From the NCBI GenBank assembly GCA_031416075.1, contig JANOSY010000031.1, forward strand, positions 1 to 64,000: a stretch of 64,000 bases of DNA, read 5' to 3'. This DNA is from Candidatus Tenderia sp. Lineage in GTDB: Bacteria > Pseudomonadota > Gammaproteobacteria > Tenderiales > Tenderiaceae. The translations under genes and the position numbers were made by a program. This document shows positions 55,244-64,000 of this stretch, piece after piece (the first letter of the stretch is position 1; each line of letters begins with the position of its first letter). The notes under the pieces are model-generated. The model made no database searches, was not told where the DNA came from, and saw only the letters and a program-made list of their open reading frames with translations.

Positions 55244-56342
55244 TTAGAGGCCGCTTTTCAAGCTGGCTTCAATAAATTGGTCCAGGTCGCCATCCAGTAC
55301 CGCCTGGGTATTGCCGGTCTCAACGCCGGTACGCAGATCTTTGATGCGCGACTGGTCAAGTACGTAAGAACGAATCTGGCTGCCCCAGCCAATGTCGGAC
55401 TTGGTCGCCTCTAGCGCCTGCTGCTCGGTGCGACGTTTCTGCATCTCCAGCTCATAGAGTTTGGCCTTGAGCTGCTTCATGGCGGTATCTTTATTTTTGT
55501 GCTGTGAACGGTCGCTCTGACACTGCACCACGGCATTGGTAGGCAGATGGGTAATACGCACCGCCGATTCGGTACGGTTGACGTGCTGACCACCGGCGCC
55601 ACTGGCGCGGTAGACGTCGATGCGCAGATCGGCGGGGTTGATCTCGATGTTGATATCGTCATCCACTTCAGGCGAAACAAACACCGAAGCAAACGAGGTG
55701 TGACGACGATTGCCTGAGTCGAACGGTGATTTGCGTACCAGGCGATGTACGCCGGTCTCGGTGCGCAGCCAGCCGTAGGCGTATTCACCTTCAAAACGGA
55801 TGGTGGCGCTTTTGATGCCTGCTACTTCGCCGTCGGAGACTTCGATCAGCTCGGTCTTGAAACCACTGCGTTCGCCCCAGCGCAGAAACATGCGCATCAA
55901 CATGCTGGCCCAATCCTGCGCCTCGGTGCCACCGGAACCGGCCTGCACGTCGAGAAAGGCGTTGTTGGGGTCCATTTCGCCGGAGAACATACGACGGAAT
56001 TCGAGGGTGGCGAGACGTTTCTCCAGCTCGTCCAGATCTTTGACCACGGAGGCGACGGTCTCCTCGTCTCCCTCCTCACCCGCCATCTCCAGCAGCTCGG
56101 TGGCATCGGTCAAGGTGGCTTCCAGGTCGGTGATGGTTTTGACTACCTGCTCCAGCTGCACCCGTTCTTTGCCCAGCGCCTGGGCGCGTTCCGGGTTATC
56201 CCAAACATTGGGCTGCTCCAGCTCACGCTCGACTTCGGTCAGACGCTCCTGTTTGATCTCAAAGTCAAAGGTACCCCCTAAGAGCGGCAGTGCGCTCTGC
56301 CATCTCTTTGATTCTACGAACGATGAGATTGATTTCTAACAT
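55244..56342 (-). CDS. prfB: Peptide chain release factor 2 (programmed +1 frameshift)
   Basis: ORF1 ATG 56342 'MLEIN...LRGYL' ends at CTT-TGA-C; the +1 frame carries the SPF and GGQ motifs. Confidence 0.97.
56264..56279 (-). other. prfB frameshift site
   Basis: AGGGGG-TAC-CTTTGAC (internal SD plus slippery stop). Confidence 0.95.
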
Positions 56343-56454
56343 GTTGGGCCTTCTTGCCTAAAAACCGCGCATTTTACTACAGCCCGAGAATTCAAGGAAC
56401 CTGTGATAAAGAGATGACTCGACCAAACTGACCCTTGCCAACCATTCGTGCCTA

Positions 56455-57135
56455 TTATCCACCGAGCTTGGCTGCACCCGTTGCTAACGCCTTTGCCCCC
56501 ATCACGTCCGCCTCCTGCTCAAGCCCTTTATCATCATTGACGGGCACACTCTCTTTCATCTGAGTGGTTGGTTTAACCCGCCCTTGTGCCTGTTGCACCA
56601 CGTGCCAGGCCTCATGAGGCAGATGTTTCTCTTGTCCAGAGGCGACGTGGATATCACTGCCCTGGGCATAGGCCAACGCGTTAAGCTGCGCCGGTTTGGC
56701 TGAGTTGTAGTGAACTTGAACGTGGTCCATCGACATGCCGGAGAGTGATTCAATGCCGGACTTAAGTTGATTAGGCAGACCAGTGTTATTGGCTTTCGTC
56801 ACAGCCCCCTCTTCAAGTTGGGCAGTCTGTTCTGTTGCAAACTTACCCTGCAACAGTTCGTCCTCTTCCATCCGCTGGACTGTTTCAAACTTCCCTTGCA
56901 ACAACTCATCCTCTTCCATCCGCTGTACGGTGCCGAACAGGGTGCCCATTTTTTTGAGCTGTGCCGCCGCATAGGGGCTGTTCTCTAGCGCTTCTATCTG
57001 TTTGCGTTGGGCAATCATCGCTGGGCTGCTGTTTATTCTGGCAGCCAGCTGGTGTTGCATCTCACCACCTGTAATGGCCTGTTGTACCGTGGAGCGGTTA
57101 AGCCCTTGTCGCTGCTGAAGCTCGGCCTTTTTCAT
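56455..57135 (-). CDS. DUF4157 (eCIS core domain) protein
   Basis: 'NNTGLP..LKSGIE.LSG.SMD.V.VHYNS.KPAQL.A.AYAQG..IH...GQE.HLPHEAWHVVQQ'. Confidence 0.85.
   Translation of the reverse strand: MKKAELQQRQGLNRSTVQQAITGGEMQHQLAARINSSPAMIAQRKQIEALENSPYAAAQLKKMGTLFGTVQRMEEDELLQGKFETVQRMEEDELLQGKFATEQTAQLEEGAVTKANNTGLPNQLKSGIESLSGMSMDHVQVHYNSAKPAQLNALAYAQGSDIHVASGQEKHLPHEAWHVVQQAQGRVKPTTQMKESVPVNDDKGLEQEADVMGAKALATGAAKLGG
56836..56931 (-). repeat. Tandem 48-nt coding repeat, 2 copies
   Basis: TVQRMEEDELLQGKF(E/A) occurs twice. Confidence 0.85.
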
Positions 57136-57266
57136 CCATATCCCCTTTAAACATCAAACAAAATGCAGTTTCACTCTAACACGAGGCCCGCAAACCTAAT
57201 CCTAAATATAGATTCCGAGCATACTGATGGCCAGGGCTCTGTTCAACCCGCAACAATCAGCCACTG

Positions 57267-58010
57267 TTAAAGCAACGGTACCAGTTTGGCAAACATTGCA
57301 CGAATCCCGTCCATTCCCTCTTTAAGGCACCGTTCAATATCCACCATGGTGATCAGGTTTTCGCTGCGCCCCGCCGCCCAGTTAACACTCACCGCACAGG
57401 TGGCATAGGCCATGCCCAGTTCGCGGGCCAACACCGCTTCCGGCATACCGGTCATGCCCACCATGGTGCAACCATCCCGCTCGTAACGGTTGATTTCAGC
57501 GGCACTCTCCAGACGTGGCCCCTGGGTGGCACCGTAAGTACCGCTATCACAATACTCAACCCCTGCCTGCTGACACGCCTGGATCAAAATCTGGCGCAAC
57601 GACTCATCATAAGGGAAGGTGAAATCGACATGCACCACCTCTTCCAAGCCCTCTTCAAAGAAGGTGTTTTTACGTGACCAGGTGTAGTCGATGATCTGAT
57701 CAGGAATGGCCAGTTTTTTGGGTGGGAAGTCACTGGCAATCCCGCCCACCGCCGCAATGGCAATAATGCGCTCCACGCCCACATGTTTAAGTGCCCAAAG
57801 GTTGGCGCGATAGTTAATCTTGTGCGGCGGGATGGTGTGACCGTAGCCATGACGGGCGATGAAGACAACCTCTTTGCCACACAGCACACCGTGGGTCAGC
57901 GCGCCTGAGGGTTCACCATAGGGGGTTTGCACCACTTCACGTCTGATGATCTCCAGATCGGCGAGATTGGTTAAACCTGTACCACCAATGATTGCTACAT
58001 TGCCCATCAC
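57267..58010 (-). CDS. mtnP: S-methyl-5'-thioinosine/thioadenosine phosphorylase
   Basis: 'AIIGGTG', 'RHG.GH.IPPH.INYRAN', 'QGPRLE..AE', 'VGMTGMPE'. Confidence 0.9.
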   Translation of the reverse strand: MMGNVAIIGGTGLTNLADLEIIRREVVQTPYGEPSGALTHGVLCGKEVVFIARHGYGHTIPPHKINYRANLWALKHVGVERIIAIAAVGGIASDFPPKKLAIPDQIIDYTWSRKNTFFEEGLEEVVHVDFTFPYDESLRQILIQACQQAGVEYCDSGTYGATQGPRLESAAEINRYERDGCTMVGMTGMPEAVLARELGMAYATCAVSVNWAAGRSENLITMVDIERCLKEGMDGIRAMFAKLVPLL

Positions 58011-58020
58011 TATTTCCTTT

Positions 58021-59370
58021 TTAAACGACTGTTGTTAGCAACAACCCGGTGACGGCAGCGACTGCAATCACCTCAATGACATTGCGTTTGAAACGAAACA
58101 GGGCCACTGCCGCCGCCACGGCTATGGCCGCAGATCCCCAATCAAACTCGGCCCCAAAGCCCTGTGGCCACATGACATGGTAGCCAAAAAAGAGTGCCAG
58201 ATTAAAAATAGCCCCCACCACAGCAGCGGTAATGGCGGTAAGCGGCGCAGTAAATTTAAGATTGCCATGGGTTGATTCAACCAGCGGTCCGCCCACAAGG
58301 ATAAAAATAAATGATGGCAAAAAGGTAAACCAGGTCACCACCATCGCCGCAACCGCCCCGGCCATAAACAGCGCATCCGGACCAAACAACTCATTTACAT
58401 AGCCACCGATAAAACCAACAAAAGCGACCACCATAATGAGTGGCCCAGGCGTCGTCTCGCCCAGCGCCAGCCCGTCGATCATCTGTGGTGCCGTCAACCA
58501 ACCGTAGTGATCAACGGCCCCCTGATAAACATAGGGCAATACCGCGTAGGCACCACCAAACGTAAGCAGTGCCGCTTTGGTGAAGAACCACCCCATCTGG
58601 GTCAGGGTATCTTGCCAACCATTCAATATAAACAGCAGCCCCATGGGCAGTGTCCACAACAGCATACCCACCGCCACAACGGATATCAGCCGTGGGCGGG
58701 AGAAACGGGCATGTTCTGGTGTGGGTGTCTTATCATCAATCAGCGCCGGACCAACAGAGCTGGCTGCCGCGCCATGACCACCCCCCACCCTGAATTTTTC
58801 CGGCGCAAAACGGCCACCGATATATCCCACTAGCGCAGCCACCGCAATAATCAGCGGGAACGGTAGGTGCAACGCAAATATCGCCACAAAAGCGGCCACC
58901 GCCACAGCCCATAGCAGACCGCTTTTCAGGACCCGCGAACCGATACGATGTGCCGCCTGTACAACAATGGCCGTTACGGCGGGTTTGATACCATAAAACA
59001 GCCCCGCCACCAGTGGCGAATCCCCAAAGGCAATATAGATCCACGACAGCGCAATCAATATAAAGAGTGAAGGAAGCACAAACAGCGTACCGGCCACAAT
59101 GCCACCCCAGGTGCGGTGCATCAACCAGCCGATGTAGATGGCAAGCTGCTGCGCCTCTGGCCCTGGCAATACCATGCAGAAATTAAGCGCATGGAGAAAC
59201 CGTTTTTCGCTGATCCAGCGCCGCCGCTCCACCAACTCGGCATGCATAATGGCAATCTGCCCTGCCGGACCGCCAAAACTGATAAAGCCAAGTTTGAGCC
59301 AAAAACGAAAAGCTTCCCAAAAACTGACCACTGGCGGAACGACAGGAGCCTCGTGCGGACTCTGCGTCAT
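58021..59370 (-). CDS. chrA: Chromate efflux transporter
   Basis: 'SFGGPAGQIA', 'LPGPEAQQLA', 'TFGGAYAV', 'ETTPGP'. Confidence 0.92.
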   Translation of the reverse strand: MTQSPHEAPVVPPVVSFWEAFRFWLKLGFISFGGPAGQIAIMHAELVERRRWISEKRFLHALNFCMVLPGPEAQQLAIYIGWLMHRTWGGIVAGTLFVLPSLFILIALSWIYIAFGDSPLVAGLFYGIKPAVTAIVVQAAHRIGSRVLKSGLLWAVAVAAFVAIFALHLPFPLIIAVAALVGYIGGRFAPEKFRVGGGHGAAASSVGPALIDDKTPTPEHARFSRPRLISVVAVGMLLWTLPMGLLFILNGWQDTLTQMGWFFTKAALLTFGGAYAVLPYVYQGAVDHYGWLTAPQMIDGLALGETTPGPLIMVVAFVGFIGGYVNELFGPDALFMAGAVAAMVVTWFTFLPSFIFILVGGPLVESTHGNLKFTAPLTAITAAVVGAIFNLALFFGYHVMWPQGFGAEFDWGSAAIAVAAAVALFRFKRNVIEVIAVAAVTGLLLTTVV

Positions 59371-59456
59371 GATTCAATTCCTTATTTGCGCTACTGCGCC
59401 TGGATCATCCTGCTACCAAGCAATCTAACCGGGTATTCAACATCAACGCTGTGGAC

Positions 59457-60008
59457 TCATGCCCCCTTAACCGCATAAATGCCCGCCGCGTTACGCAAGT
59501 ATCCCTTGTAGTCCATGCCAAAACCAAACAGGTAACGATCCTCAACCTCGACACCGACAAAGTCAGCTTTGATGTCGATGGCTCTATCCCTGATCTTCTC
59601 GACCAGCACGGCACTGTAGACCGCCTTGGCACCGGCACTTTTGCAATCGTGAACAATCGCCTCCAGGGTCAGCCCCTCATCGAGAATGTCGTCTATCAAC
59701 AGCACAACACGATCTTTGAGCGGTTTTGATGGTTTGACGATCCACTCCAGCTCGCCACCCTCGGTCTTATGGCCGTAACGGGTGGCGTGGATGTAGTCAA
59801 GATTAAGCGGGAAATCGAGGCGCGGCAGCAGCATGCCCGCCGGCACCAGGCCGCCGGTCATCACACACAATACCAATGGATTTTGATCGCCCAGCTGCTG
59901 TTTGATCTTAACGGCCATCACATCGAGTGCGGCGTCGATCTGCTGCTGTGAACAGAGCAAGTCTGCCTCTGCCATTACTTTTGTTGATTCTTGAAGATAG
60001 TCAGCCAT
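59457..60008 (-). CDS. hpt: Hypoxanthine-guanine phosphoribosyltransferase
   Basis: PRPP motif 'VLLIDDILDEGLTL', 'FGFGMDYKG..RN'. Confidence 0.92.
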   Translation of the reverse strand: MADYLQESTKVMAEADLLCSQQQIDAALDVMAVKIKQQLGDQNPLVLCVMTGGLVPAGMLLPRLDFPLNLDYIHATRYGHKTEGGELEWIVKPSKPLKDRVVLLIDDILDEGLTLEAIVHDCKSAGAKAVYSAVLVEKIRDRAIDIKADFVGVEVEDRYLFGFGMDYKGYLRNAAGIYAVKGA

Positions 60009-60029
60009 CTGTATGATTTCTTTGATTAG

Positions 60030-60398
60030 TTAATAGGTAAATGTCACGGTTGCATCATCCATCGCTTCGCTGATGATATAGGCACCACCCACCGTCTCTT
60101 CCACTTCCGGGATAATATCTTCACCCCAATATTCCAGACTGGTGGCACAGACCTTTATTCTAACGCCGGCCTGCACCGCCTCTTTGATGAGATCATGCAC
60201 TGTGCTGGTGCGGTTGGCCGCCAGAGGCAGCTCCGCCGCCACCCCCTTTTTCAACAATCCGGCACTGCGTCCGGTGAAGACCAGCTCAACCTCAAACTCC
60301 ATCGCTGCCGCCACAATCGCCTGGGAGATGGGTGGAATAATCTCCATCACCATCTGCGGGTCACTATTCATTACAACTATCAGCAGTTTATCTGCCAT
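60030..60398 (-). CDS. DsrE/DsrF-like family protein
   Basis: 'A.VAAAME.EVE..FTG', 'GV.I.VC'; 122 aa. Confidence 0.75.
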   Translation of the reverse strand: MADKLLIVVMNSDPQMVMEIIPPISQAIVAAAMEFEVELVFTGRSAGLLKKGVAAELPLAANRTSTVHDLIKEAVQAGVRIKVCATSLEYWGEDIIPEVEETVGGAYIISEAMDDATVTFTY

Positions 60399-60415
60399 CT
60401 CTATGCTCCCGGTTG

Positions 60416-61486
60416 TTAGTGGTCATGGCCCGCCACCGCACTCCTGTTGGCAGTTTCAGGCAGACGTGGCAATGTCTGCTCCGGAAACTCACCGGTGAGT
60501 GTATTAAGAAAGGCCACAATATCACTCACCTGCTGCTCAGTGAGTTCACGAGCCAGCTGGGTTTTAGCCATCACGCGTACCGCTTCATCAAGGGTTTTAA
60601 CTGTGCCGTTGTGAAAATAGGGGGCGGTAATCGCGATATTCCGCAGCGATGGCATACGCCACATACGGGTATCGGTCTTCTCCTGGGAGAAATAAACACG
60701 CCCTAAATCATCGACCAGATTGTATCGACGTTCATAATCAGTATCGGGGTAGTTAGGAAAGAGTTCGTAGAACCCTTCACCCTGCTGCAGTGCCAACCCT
60801 GGAATCGGCCCCGCCAGGTTGATCCAAAAGTGGCAAGAGGCGCAACGCACCTCAATAAACTCCTGTATGCCACGTTTGGCAGCCGGAGAGATGGCCTTGT
60901 CGTCGCCCTTCAGATAGCGGTCAAACGGGCCATTGGGCGTGGTGAGTGCACGTTCGTAACTGGAGAGCGCCATCGCCACCGTCTTCAGGCTGATACCTTC
61001 CTTGCCAAAGCTCTTTTCAAACTGTTTTTTGTAACCGGGAATAGTGTTCAGGCGCGCCACCAGGGTCTCGGCATCAGGCATACCCATAATGTTGGGATCC
61101 AAAATGTGGCGCTCGGCCTGCTCTTCCAATGTTTTAACACTGCCATCCCAGTTATAAACGGTATGAAAAGCGGCGTTCCAGACCGTCTGCGTGCCCCGTA
61201 TGCCCTTACGGCCATACACACCCACCGGTTGGGCGCGGCCATCCTCCCCCCCTGCCGCCAGGTTATGGCAGCTATTGCAGGAGTGGGTGCCGGTAATCGA
61301 GAGCCGTGCATCAAAAAAGAGCTGTTTGCCCAGCGCTAGCTTCTCTTTGGTGGCCGGATTATCCTTGGGCGAATCAGCCACCGCTGGCAACGGTTTAAAC
61401 GGCCACGGCAGATCCGCCGCCACAGCCCCCCCCGTCACACTCACCATCAACAGCGCAATACCGCCCATTACAGACTTCAAACCCAT
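60416..61486 (-). CDS. Di-haem cytochrome c peroxidase
   Basis: 'LGKQLFFD.RLS', CNSCH and CASCH haem motifs, 'PSLRNIA.TAPYFHNG'; RBS GGAGG. Confidence 0.9.
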   Translation of the reverse strand: MGLKSVMGGIALLMVSVTGGAVAADLPWPFKPLPAVADSPKDNPATKEKLALGKQLFFDARLSITGTHSCNSCHNLAAGGEDGRAQPVGVYGRKGIRGTQTVWNAAFHTVYNWDGSVKTLEEQAERHILDPNIMGMPDAETLVARLNTIPGYKKQFEKSFGKEGISLKTVAMALSSYERALTTPNGPFDRYLKGDDKAISPAAKRGIQEFIEVRCASCHFWINLAGPIPGLALQQGEGFYELFPNYPDTDYERRYNLVDDLGRVYFSQEKTDTRMWRMPSLRNIAITAPYFHNGTVKTLDEAVRVMAKTQLARELTEQQVSDIVAFLNTLTGEFPEQTLPRLPETANRSAVAGHDH

Positions 61487-61513
61487 CGTCCCTCCTCCAT
61501 TCATCATCAAACG

Positions 61514-61865
61514 TTAATCGCCACTGCTCTCAACCTTAACCCCATCCGGTACATGCAGTGTGGTCGTTGGAAACGCCACCTCAGCGCCATGACTGGCGAT
61601 AATATCGTGAATCTGCAACAAAATACGGTGTTTAATCTCGTGGAACTCGGTCCACTCAGTAGTACGGGTAAAGGTGTAGATAAAAAAGTCGAGCGACGAC
61701 GGCCCAAAGCTGTTGAAGTTCACCATCAGGGTCTGCTGCTGATCTAAGCACGCGCTTCTGAATAAAGTTCACCAACAGCGTCAGAAACACCACCACAAAT
61801 ACCTGGATAGTCCAACCGCCCCAGCCGAGGTATTGATCAAGTCCCGTGGTTATCTGCTCTAACAA
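61514..61865 (-). pseudogene. MscS mechanosensitive channel remnant (internal deletion plus frameshift)
   Basis: About 40 aa of N-terminus joined near 61741-61745 to the C-terminal 'QTLMVNF..FG.SSLDFFIYTFT.T..W..FHE.K...LL.I..II..HGAE.AFPT' in another frame. Confidence 0.8.
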
Positions 61866-61899
61866 AACCCGCTATCTCCTTATTTTCAGAGGAGAGATT

Positions 61900-62979
61900 C
61901 TACAACAGATCAACCGGCTTCGCCTCCAGCCATGGCCCTAACGCATGCAGCGCCTGGTGCCACTGCGGGTCATTGTGCAGCTGATCACGGGTAATTGGAT
62001 GGCGGCCGTGCATACGTGCGAGACGCAGATGTGAGGCGGGAGAGCCTGCCCCGCGAGCCGAGCGAGTGCATTGGGCATTATCAAATTTTTTGAGGTGATC
62101 CAGCGTCCGGCAGATGGCGTTAAAGTCGCTACAAACCAACGCCATATCGCACCCTGCTGTCAGCGCGGCGGCGGCTCGCTCGCAAACATCGCCAGCAACG
62201 GCGGCCCCCTCCATCAACAGGTCATCGCTGAAAATCACCCCCTGAAACTGCAACTGTTGGCGCAGAATCTGCTGCAACCAGAAACGTGAAAATCCAGCCG
62301 GTTTGTCATCCACCTGCGGATAGATCACATGGGCCGCCATCACCCCGGCCAAGCCGTTGTGGATCAGCCGTTCAAACGGGATCAGGTCTTCACTCTCGAT
62401 ATCGACCAGTCGGCGTTCATCGCGGGCGATGCCGAGATGGGTGTCGACCTCCACCGCGCCGTGGCCGGGAAAGTGTTTGGCGGTGGCGGCCATGCCGGCC
62501 CGCTGCATCCCTTTAATGTAGCTCTGGGTCAGCTCCGCCACCGCCTGTGGATCACGATGAAAAGAGCGATCGCCAATCACCGTGCTGACGCCATAATCGA
62601 GATCAACCACCGGCGCAAAGCTGAAATCGACACCCACAGCGCGCAGCTCCACCGCCATCAACCAACCGGCTGTTTCGCAATTACGTTTGGCCCGTTTAGA
62701 ATCTTGATCATAGAGTTGGCCAAAGTTACGCACCGCTGGCAAACGGGTAAAATCGCTGCGAAAACGCTGCACCCGACCGCCTTCATGGTCCACCGCCACC
62801 AGCAGCTTAGGTTGCCGCAGTGCATGAACTTCATCAATCAACGCCTTGACCTGTAGGGCATTTTCAAAGTTACGACTAAAGAGGATCACCGCCCCCACCA
62901 TCGGGTGTTGCAGCATCTCGCGCTCTTCCGCAGTCAGGGTCAAACCCGACAGCCCCACCATGACTGGACCTAACGACAT
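61900..62979 (-). CDS. nagZ: Beta-N-acetylhexosaminidase (GH3)
   Basis: 'VDHEGGRVQRF', 'KHFPGHG.V..DTH', 'FSDDL.M'. Confidence 0.95.
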   Translation of the reverse strand: MSLGPVMVGLSGLTLTAEEREMLQHPMVGAVILFSRNFENALQVKALIDEVHALRQPKLLVAVDHEGGRVQRFRSDFTRLPAVRNFGQLYDQDSKRAKRNCETAGWLMAVELRAVGVDFSFAPVVDLDYGVSTVIGDRSFHRDPQAVAELTQSYIKGMQRAGMAATAKHFPGHGAVEVDTHLGIARDERRLVDIESEDLIPFERLIHNGLAGVMAAHVIYPQVDDKPAGFSRFWLQQILRQQLQFQGVIFSDDLLMEGAAVAGDVCERAAAALTAGCDMALVCSDFNAICRTLDHLKKFDNAQCTRSARGAGSPASHLRLARMHGRHPITRDQLHNDPQWHQALHALGPWLEAKPVDLL

Positions 62980-62981
62980 AT

Positions 62982-63797
62982 CTATTCCCGTGGTCTCGTT
63001 CTTACATCGAGGCGATCACGCAGCCGATCACCCAACAGATTCACCGCCAGCACCACCAGCATCAACGCCGCCCCCGGCACCAGCACCATGTGTGGCGCTA
63101 CCAGCAGATAGCGGGCGCCGTCGCGGATCATACTGCCCCATGAGGAGTCGGGCGGCTGCACACCCAGACCCAGGAACGAGAGCCCCGCCTCGGAGATCAC
63201 CGCACCGGCCACCGCAAAGGTCGCCTCCACAATCAGCGGCGCCATGATCAACGGGATGATGTGACGCCAGATGATCATCAGCGGTCGTGTGCCCAGCGCC
63301 TGGGCCGCCTGCACATGTTCGCGATGTTTGATGGTCAGCACCTGGGCGCGCGCCAGCCGCGCAAAGCCGACCCACCCCACCACACCCAACGCGATGATGA
63401 CGTTGTTGATGCCCGGCCCGAGCAGCCCGGCCAGCGCGATGGCCAGCAGAATGCCGGGGAAGGCGAGGAAGATATCGATAATGCGTACGATAACGTGGTC
63501 CCACCAGCCGCCCAGGTAGGCGCTGACAGCACCAATGGCCGTACCAACAACGGTCGAGATCAACACTACCAACACCGCCACCAGAAACGAGGTCTGCGCC
63601 CCGGCCACCAGCCGATCCCACAGCGGCCGCCCCAGATCATCGTAACCGAGCCAGGCGTCACTGCCCGGCGCCAGCAGAATCTTCGACAGTTCGATGTGGT
63701 TTGGGTCAAGCCCAAACCAACCACCGCCCACGGCAAACAGCGCCCAGAGCAGCATGATCGCCGCTGGCCAGCCGTAACGAATCACACTACGGATCAT
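62982..63797 (-). CDS. Peptide ABC transporter permease (DppC/OppC type)
   Basis: 'LG.DDLGR', 'FPGILLAIA', 'EAGLSFLGLG..PP..SWG.M'; ATG 63797 overlaps the upstream stop. Confidence 0.9.
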   Translation of the reverse strand: MIRSVIRYGWPAAIMLLWALFAVGGGWFGLDPNHIELSKILLAPGSDAWLGYDDLGRPLWDRLVAGAQTSFLVAVLVVLISTVVGTAIGAVSAYLGGWWDHVIVRIIDIFLAFPGILLAIALAGLLGPGINNVIIALGVVGWVGFARLARAQVLTIKHREHVQAAQALGTRPLMIIWRHIIPLIMAPLIVEATFAVAGAVISEAGLSFLGLGVQPPDSSWGSMIRDGARYLLVAPHMVLVPGAALMLVVLAVNLLGDRLRDRLDVRTRPRE

Positions 63798-64000
63798 CGC
63801 CCGCCCTCCAGCCGCACGCGCGGATCGAGCCAGCCGTAGACCAGATCGGTCAATGTATTGACCACCACATAGGCGAGACTGATCAACAAGACACACGCCT
63901 GCACCACCGGATAGTCGCGGCGCTGGATTGATTCAATCGTCAATGAACCAAGCCCCGGCCAGGAGAACACAACCTCAGTAATCACCGCACCACCCAGCAG
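63794..64000 (-). CDS. Peptide ABC transporter permease (DppB/OppB type), 5' end outside the window
   Basis: 'GAVITEVVFSWPGLG...RDYPVVQ...DL.Y..LDPRV'. Confidence 0.9.
   Translation of the reverse strand: MLGGAVITEVVFSWPGLGSLTIESIQRRDYPVVQACVLLISLAYVVVNTLTDLVYGWLDPRVRLEGGR

Noticed and set aside
55244-56342. prfB as a frameshifted pseudogene
   Set aside because: The break is the canonical programmed frameshift.

Overview
This is a chromosomal window from a gammaproteobacterium; the rest of the taxonomy cannot be fixed from sequence alone. Most of it is housekeeping: pgsA, uvrC, ppk1, radA, thrS-infC-rpmI-rplT-pheST-ihfA, glgX, alaC-hom-thrC, znuA/zur-znuCB, prfB-lysS, nagZ, hpt and four tRNAs. 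The left 11.6 kb is an accessory surface-polysaccharide locus (wcaJ-type priming transferase, gmd, fcl, an FdtA/FdtB-type amino-sugar pathway, two flippases) that probably continues past the window edge. The most striking observation sits at the head of that locus: a predicted sigma-54/enhancer-controlled three-gene unit. It encodes a PEP-CTERM protein, a 58-aa peptide with a lasso-peptide leader and a G1-D8/E9 core, and an HprK-like kinase. This may be a RiPP system tied to PEP-CTERM/exopolysaccharide biosynthesis, but no lasso cyclase or B proteins are in the window. Other points of note are a CxxC/RAPP DUF2946-like leader inside a Zur-controlled double Zn-uptake locus, a WYL operon with a long palindromic operator, an SdpAB-like HTTM gene pair, a PRMT-like methyltransferase with a sigma-54-type promoter, a REP-flanked Fic gene, an orphan DUF4157 (eCIS-associated) protein, and an internally deleted mscS. 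All family assignments come from motif recognition by eye; no database searches were run.
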